From: an uncultured Psychrobacter sp.
GTDB lineage: Bacteria; Pseudomonadota; Gammaproteobacteria; Pseudomonadales; Moraxellaceae
Direction of reading: 5' to 3'
Assembly (NCBI GenBank): GCA_963515535.1
Contig: CAUPWW010000005.1
Span: 180,804-204,803, forward strand
DNA length: 24,000 nt
The position numbers and the translations under genes are program-made. Every line of letters starts with the position of its first letter. Positions within the stretch are counted from its first letter, which is position 1. The notes under the pieces were generated by a model. It did no database searches, was not told the DNA's origin, and saw only the letters and a program-made list of their open reading frames with translations. Positions 22,201-24,000 of this stretch are shown here, in pieces.

Positions 22201-24000
22201 ATCAGCAGGCAATAAAACCGCCATACAGACTGAGACAACAGCCAGAACATCGGCAGACGAAGCACTGGGCAAGCGCATCGATACGGTGACGGCATCAAGC
22301 GGTGAAAACAAATCAGCGATACAGACCGAAGTTACTGCTCGCACCAATGCAGACACCGCACTATCAAGCCGCATCGATACTGTGGTGGCTCAAAGCGACG
22401 GTAATACGGCCGCTATTAGTAGTGAAGTGACCGCCAGAACCAATGCTGATAGCGCTTTATCTACTCGCATTGATACGGTGTCATCTAAAACGGATGACAA
22501 CACGGCATCCATCACCAGTAATTATGAAACGCTAACCACCGCGACAACTGCCAATGCAACCAAGATTGATGGTGTTTTTGCCCAAGTCAATCCGCTAATG
22601 GCTGGGGATGATACGGTTAGTGCTGGGGACGACACAGTTTTAGTTGGCGTATGGTCTGAAACAAGCGCACGTATCGAAGATGATATTGCATTAGGTCAGC
22701 GCATTGATATATTAAATGCAAGTTTTAATGACAATACTGCACTGATATCAACCGAGCAAAAAGTAAGAGCTGATGCCGATAGCGCCTTGTCTACTCGTGT
22801 TGATATGCTGTCAGCTGCAACGGAAGGCAATACTGCGTCAATCACCAGTGAAAAAACAGCCAGAACAACGGCTGATGAGGCGCTGGGCACTCGCATTGAC
22901 ACCGTCACAGCAACGGTATCTGACAACACGGCTTTAATACAAAGCGAGTCAACTGCGCGCGCCAACGCAGATACAGCACTGTCGCAACGTGTCGATACCG
23001 TGCAGTCATCAACTGCCACAGCACAGTCTAAAGCTGACAAAGCCGAAGCTGATGCAGCGACCGCCCAAACTGCCGCCAACGCAGCAGCGACAGCAGCGGG
23101 AAATAAAGGCGAGGTTATCTTTGGCTCAACTACGCCAGCAGCTATTAAACAATTAGCGCAAAACTTATGGATTGATACAACAGGAGGTAAAAACACGCCT
23201 AAGCGCTGGGATGGCAGCGCATGGTCAATCGTAACCGATAAAGCAGCAACAGACGCTCAAGCAGCCGCTAATGCCGCACAAGGTACAGCAACCGAGGCGC
23301 TAGGCAAAGCAAATACTGCGACAAGCAATATCGCAACGATACAAACCGAGCTGACAGCCACAACATCGAAAACCAATGCCACAGCAACATCGGTTGGTAC
23401 ATTGCAAACAACAGTGGCAGGTAATACAGCAAGCATACAGACAGCGCAATCAACCATCAACGGTATGCAAGCGCAATATACCGTCAAACTTGATGCAGGT
23501 GGCAGGGTATCAGGCTTTGGCTTGATGAACGATGGTGCTACAAGTGCGTTTGATGTGCGTGCTGATAGATTTAGTATATCTGCACCAGTCGGCAAGCCTA
23601 ACGATGTTAATGGTACTAGCCCATTTATGGTGCTGACTAATCCGCAAGTGATTGACGGCGTAACTGTACCGGCTGGGGTTTATGCTCGTAACTTTTATGC
23701 GCCTCGTGCGTCTATTGATACGATACAAATCAAAGATGGTGCTATTAAAACGGCGCAGATTGATAACCTTGCGGTGACAACAGCAAAGATTGATAATCTA
23801 GCTGTTAAGTCGGCACAGATTGACAATCTAGCAGTGACAAGCGGTAAGATTGCAAACCTTGCGGTTGATACGTTGCAGATTGCAGGTAATGCTATTACAG
23901 TAACTGGTGTGTTTTTTGCAGAACCTGAAACTCACTTTAATATAGCTCAAACTGATTACATTGTCGCAGAATTAGATATAGATTCCGCAGGAGGCACAGT
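19202..24000 (+). CDS. J: Tail tip / host specificity protein, lambda gpJ-like (3'-truncated by the window, at least 1599 aa)
   Basis: The ATG overlaps the I-like stop (TAATG). I read the frame codon by codon to nt 23998 and found no stop. It is absent from the track because it is open-ended. The J core is present, with FN3 region (AYDVEWRKDDGDW…YLARVRAVSA; GKAGKPPKL…), then a repeat fibre, then YTVKLDAGGRVSGFGL…ADRFSI. Confidence 0.9.
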   Translation, partial: MSLLAIKGAKAGQEKPHQPSIAKDDVASISKVKILYALSEGEVKGLVDGAASIMLDGTPLLDADGNPNFENVEWEIRHGTVDQTHIAGLPSLSSEIGIGTILRSGTPWIRTITNTQLSSANVNVSWSRLSDTTDKNDIIGTKVDYAIDVQTDGNGYVTVLDTSIKAKTSGRYQRTHNIKLPEAQQGWQIRVRKITADGDNERKFNQMQIDSIAEIIDAKLRYPHTALLYLSFDARAFSNIPKMTVDMYGRYLKVPVNYDPVSRTSAGIWTGELKTDYTNNPAWVYYDLITNDRYGLGDRLKPFMINKWAIAHIARICDEPVSDGKGGTEPRFTCNLYLQVDEQAYQVLQHIAAIFRGMSFWNGAQIILDADTPRDVDYVITRANVVDGAFIKSGTAIDDRHTVAQVAWSNPENNYETDYVMVRNERAIAKYGINPLEMPVVGCTSEGQAYRAGLAALLSEQNRTQTVTFTMGLDGSLPTVGDRVDIADMMFTGVNNGGRISAVNANRTVITIDRDDVPATTGDRLSVNLESGRAQTREILSVSGRNITVKTPFDPVAAENVWAVDSDELPTMSFIVLSITENEDRTQYTYTALQYDAGLYAQIDNGTIIEPRPPAPPFNPYIIQAPDSVTVSSRNRVVQAQNVTTFVIVWSQVKDAVAYDVEWRKDDGDWIKLPRTGNISAEIDGVYSGNYLARVRAVSAFDAISKPTTSMLTAITGKAGKPPKLLSIKATGLLFGMRIDWMFAPGSDDTAYTEIQVASAPDVNVATLGQFAYSTDTHTINGLQGGLTQHYRGRIVDKLGNTSDWTTWVSATTDQSADKVLDLIQGQITGSSLDQALTSQIDKIAVNETAIIAANKAIAAETQARIDAILAANDAITAERDARIADVLDANNKITAEQQARTAGLLAANEGISTEVTQRKDADTAINSRVDTLVSKTDGNTAAISSEVTARTNADTALSSRIDTVVAQSDGNTAAISSEVTARTNADSALSTRIDTVTAESAGNKTAIQTETTARTSADEALGKRIDTVTASSGENKSAIQTEVTARTNADTALSSRIDTVVAQSDGNTAAISSEVTARTNADSALSTRIDTVSSKTDDNTASITSNYETLTTATTANATKIDGVFAQVNPLMAGDDTVSAGDDTVLVGVWSETSARIEDDIALGQRIDILNASFNDNTALISTEQKVRADADSALSTRVDMLSAATEGNTASITSEKTARTTADEALGTRIDTVTATVSDNTALIQSESTARANADTALSQRVDTVQSSTATAQSKADKAEADAATAQTAANAAATAAGNKGEVIFGSTTPAAIKQLAQNLWIDTTGGKNTPKRWDGSAWSIVTDKAATDAQAAANAAQGTATEALGKANTATSNIATIQTELTATTSKTNATATSVGTLQTTVAGNTASIQTAQSTINGMQAQYTVKLDAGGRVSGFGLMNDGATSAFDVRADRFSISAPVGKPNDVNGTSPFMVLTNPQVIDGVTVPAGVYARNFYAPRASIDTIQIKDGAIKTAQIDNLAVTTAKIDNLAVKSAQIDNLAVTSGKIANLAVDTLQIAGNAITVTGVFFAEPETHFNIAQTDYIVAELDIDSAGGT
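21986..22987 (+). repeat. In-frame 96-bp (32-aa) tandem repeat array within the J-like gene
   Basis: The unit is R[IV]DT[VL]x6Nx3Ix2Ex3Rx2ADxALxx. Six contiguous units occupy 21986-22561 and three more occupy 22700-22987. Segments 22049-22167 and 22337-22455 are 119/119 identical. Confidence 0.85.

Noticed and set aside
21986-22987. Regular 96-bp periodic repeats, considered as a possible CRISPR array
   Set aside because: The units are contiguous with no unique spacers. They are in frame in a long ORF and conserved at the protein-motif level, so this is a coding tandem repeat and not a CRISPR array.
21703-23728. Series of minus-strand Ala/Ser/Val-rich ORFs (21703..22086, 22102..22374, 22696..23196, 23257..23595 and others)
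   Set aside because: These are antisense shadows of the repeat-rich J-like coding region. They have low-complexity composition and duplicated N-termini caused by the 119-bp repeat, and an uninterrupted + frame spans the whole region.

Overview
This window is the late (virion structural) region of a lambda-like siphovirus or prophage, almost all on the + strand. All calls come from hand reading and hand alignment; no database search was run. The gene order is: a 5'-truncated DUF2213-type protease/scaffold gene, a capsid cement protein, a DUF2184-type major capsid protein, neck genes, a tail terminator, the tail tube gene, a G/GT chaperone pair with an A_AAA_AAG -1 slippery site, a 1131-aa tape measure protein, and lambda M-, L-, K-, I- and J-like tail-tip genes. 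The J-like ORF starts at 19202 and is still open at nt 24000, so it is missing from the supplied ORF track. Three accessory systems interrupt this backbone. (1) A complete BPP-1-style diversity-generating retroelement (DGR) sits between the M-like and L-like genes, an unusual location. It comprises a tail-fibre-like target gene whose 111-nt variable region (VR, 14880-14990) lies at its 3' end, an avd gene, a template repeat (TR, 15446-15556), a structured spacer and a reverse transcriptase. VR and TR differ at 12 positions, and 11 of these are TR adenines. A fossil 3' end of a second M-like gene marks the left edge of the cassette. (2) A 2.4-kb island splits the normally contiguous chaperone and tape-measure genes. 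It carries a P22 immI-like switch: an Arc/Mnt-type RHH repressor on the minus strand, divergent promoters whose -35 elements share a palindrome, a Rha-family (antirepressor-like) gene, and a candidate ~70-nt sar-like antisense RNA with its own promoter and terminator. DUF551, small ORFs and a membrane-anchored protein follow. (3) Moron-type insertions upstream of the tail tube gene include a second Rha paralogue and are bracketed by tandem intrinsic terminators. The J-like gene also contains a 32-aa tandem repeat array with a perfect 119-bp in-frame duplication.
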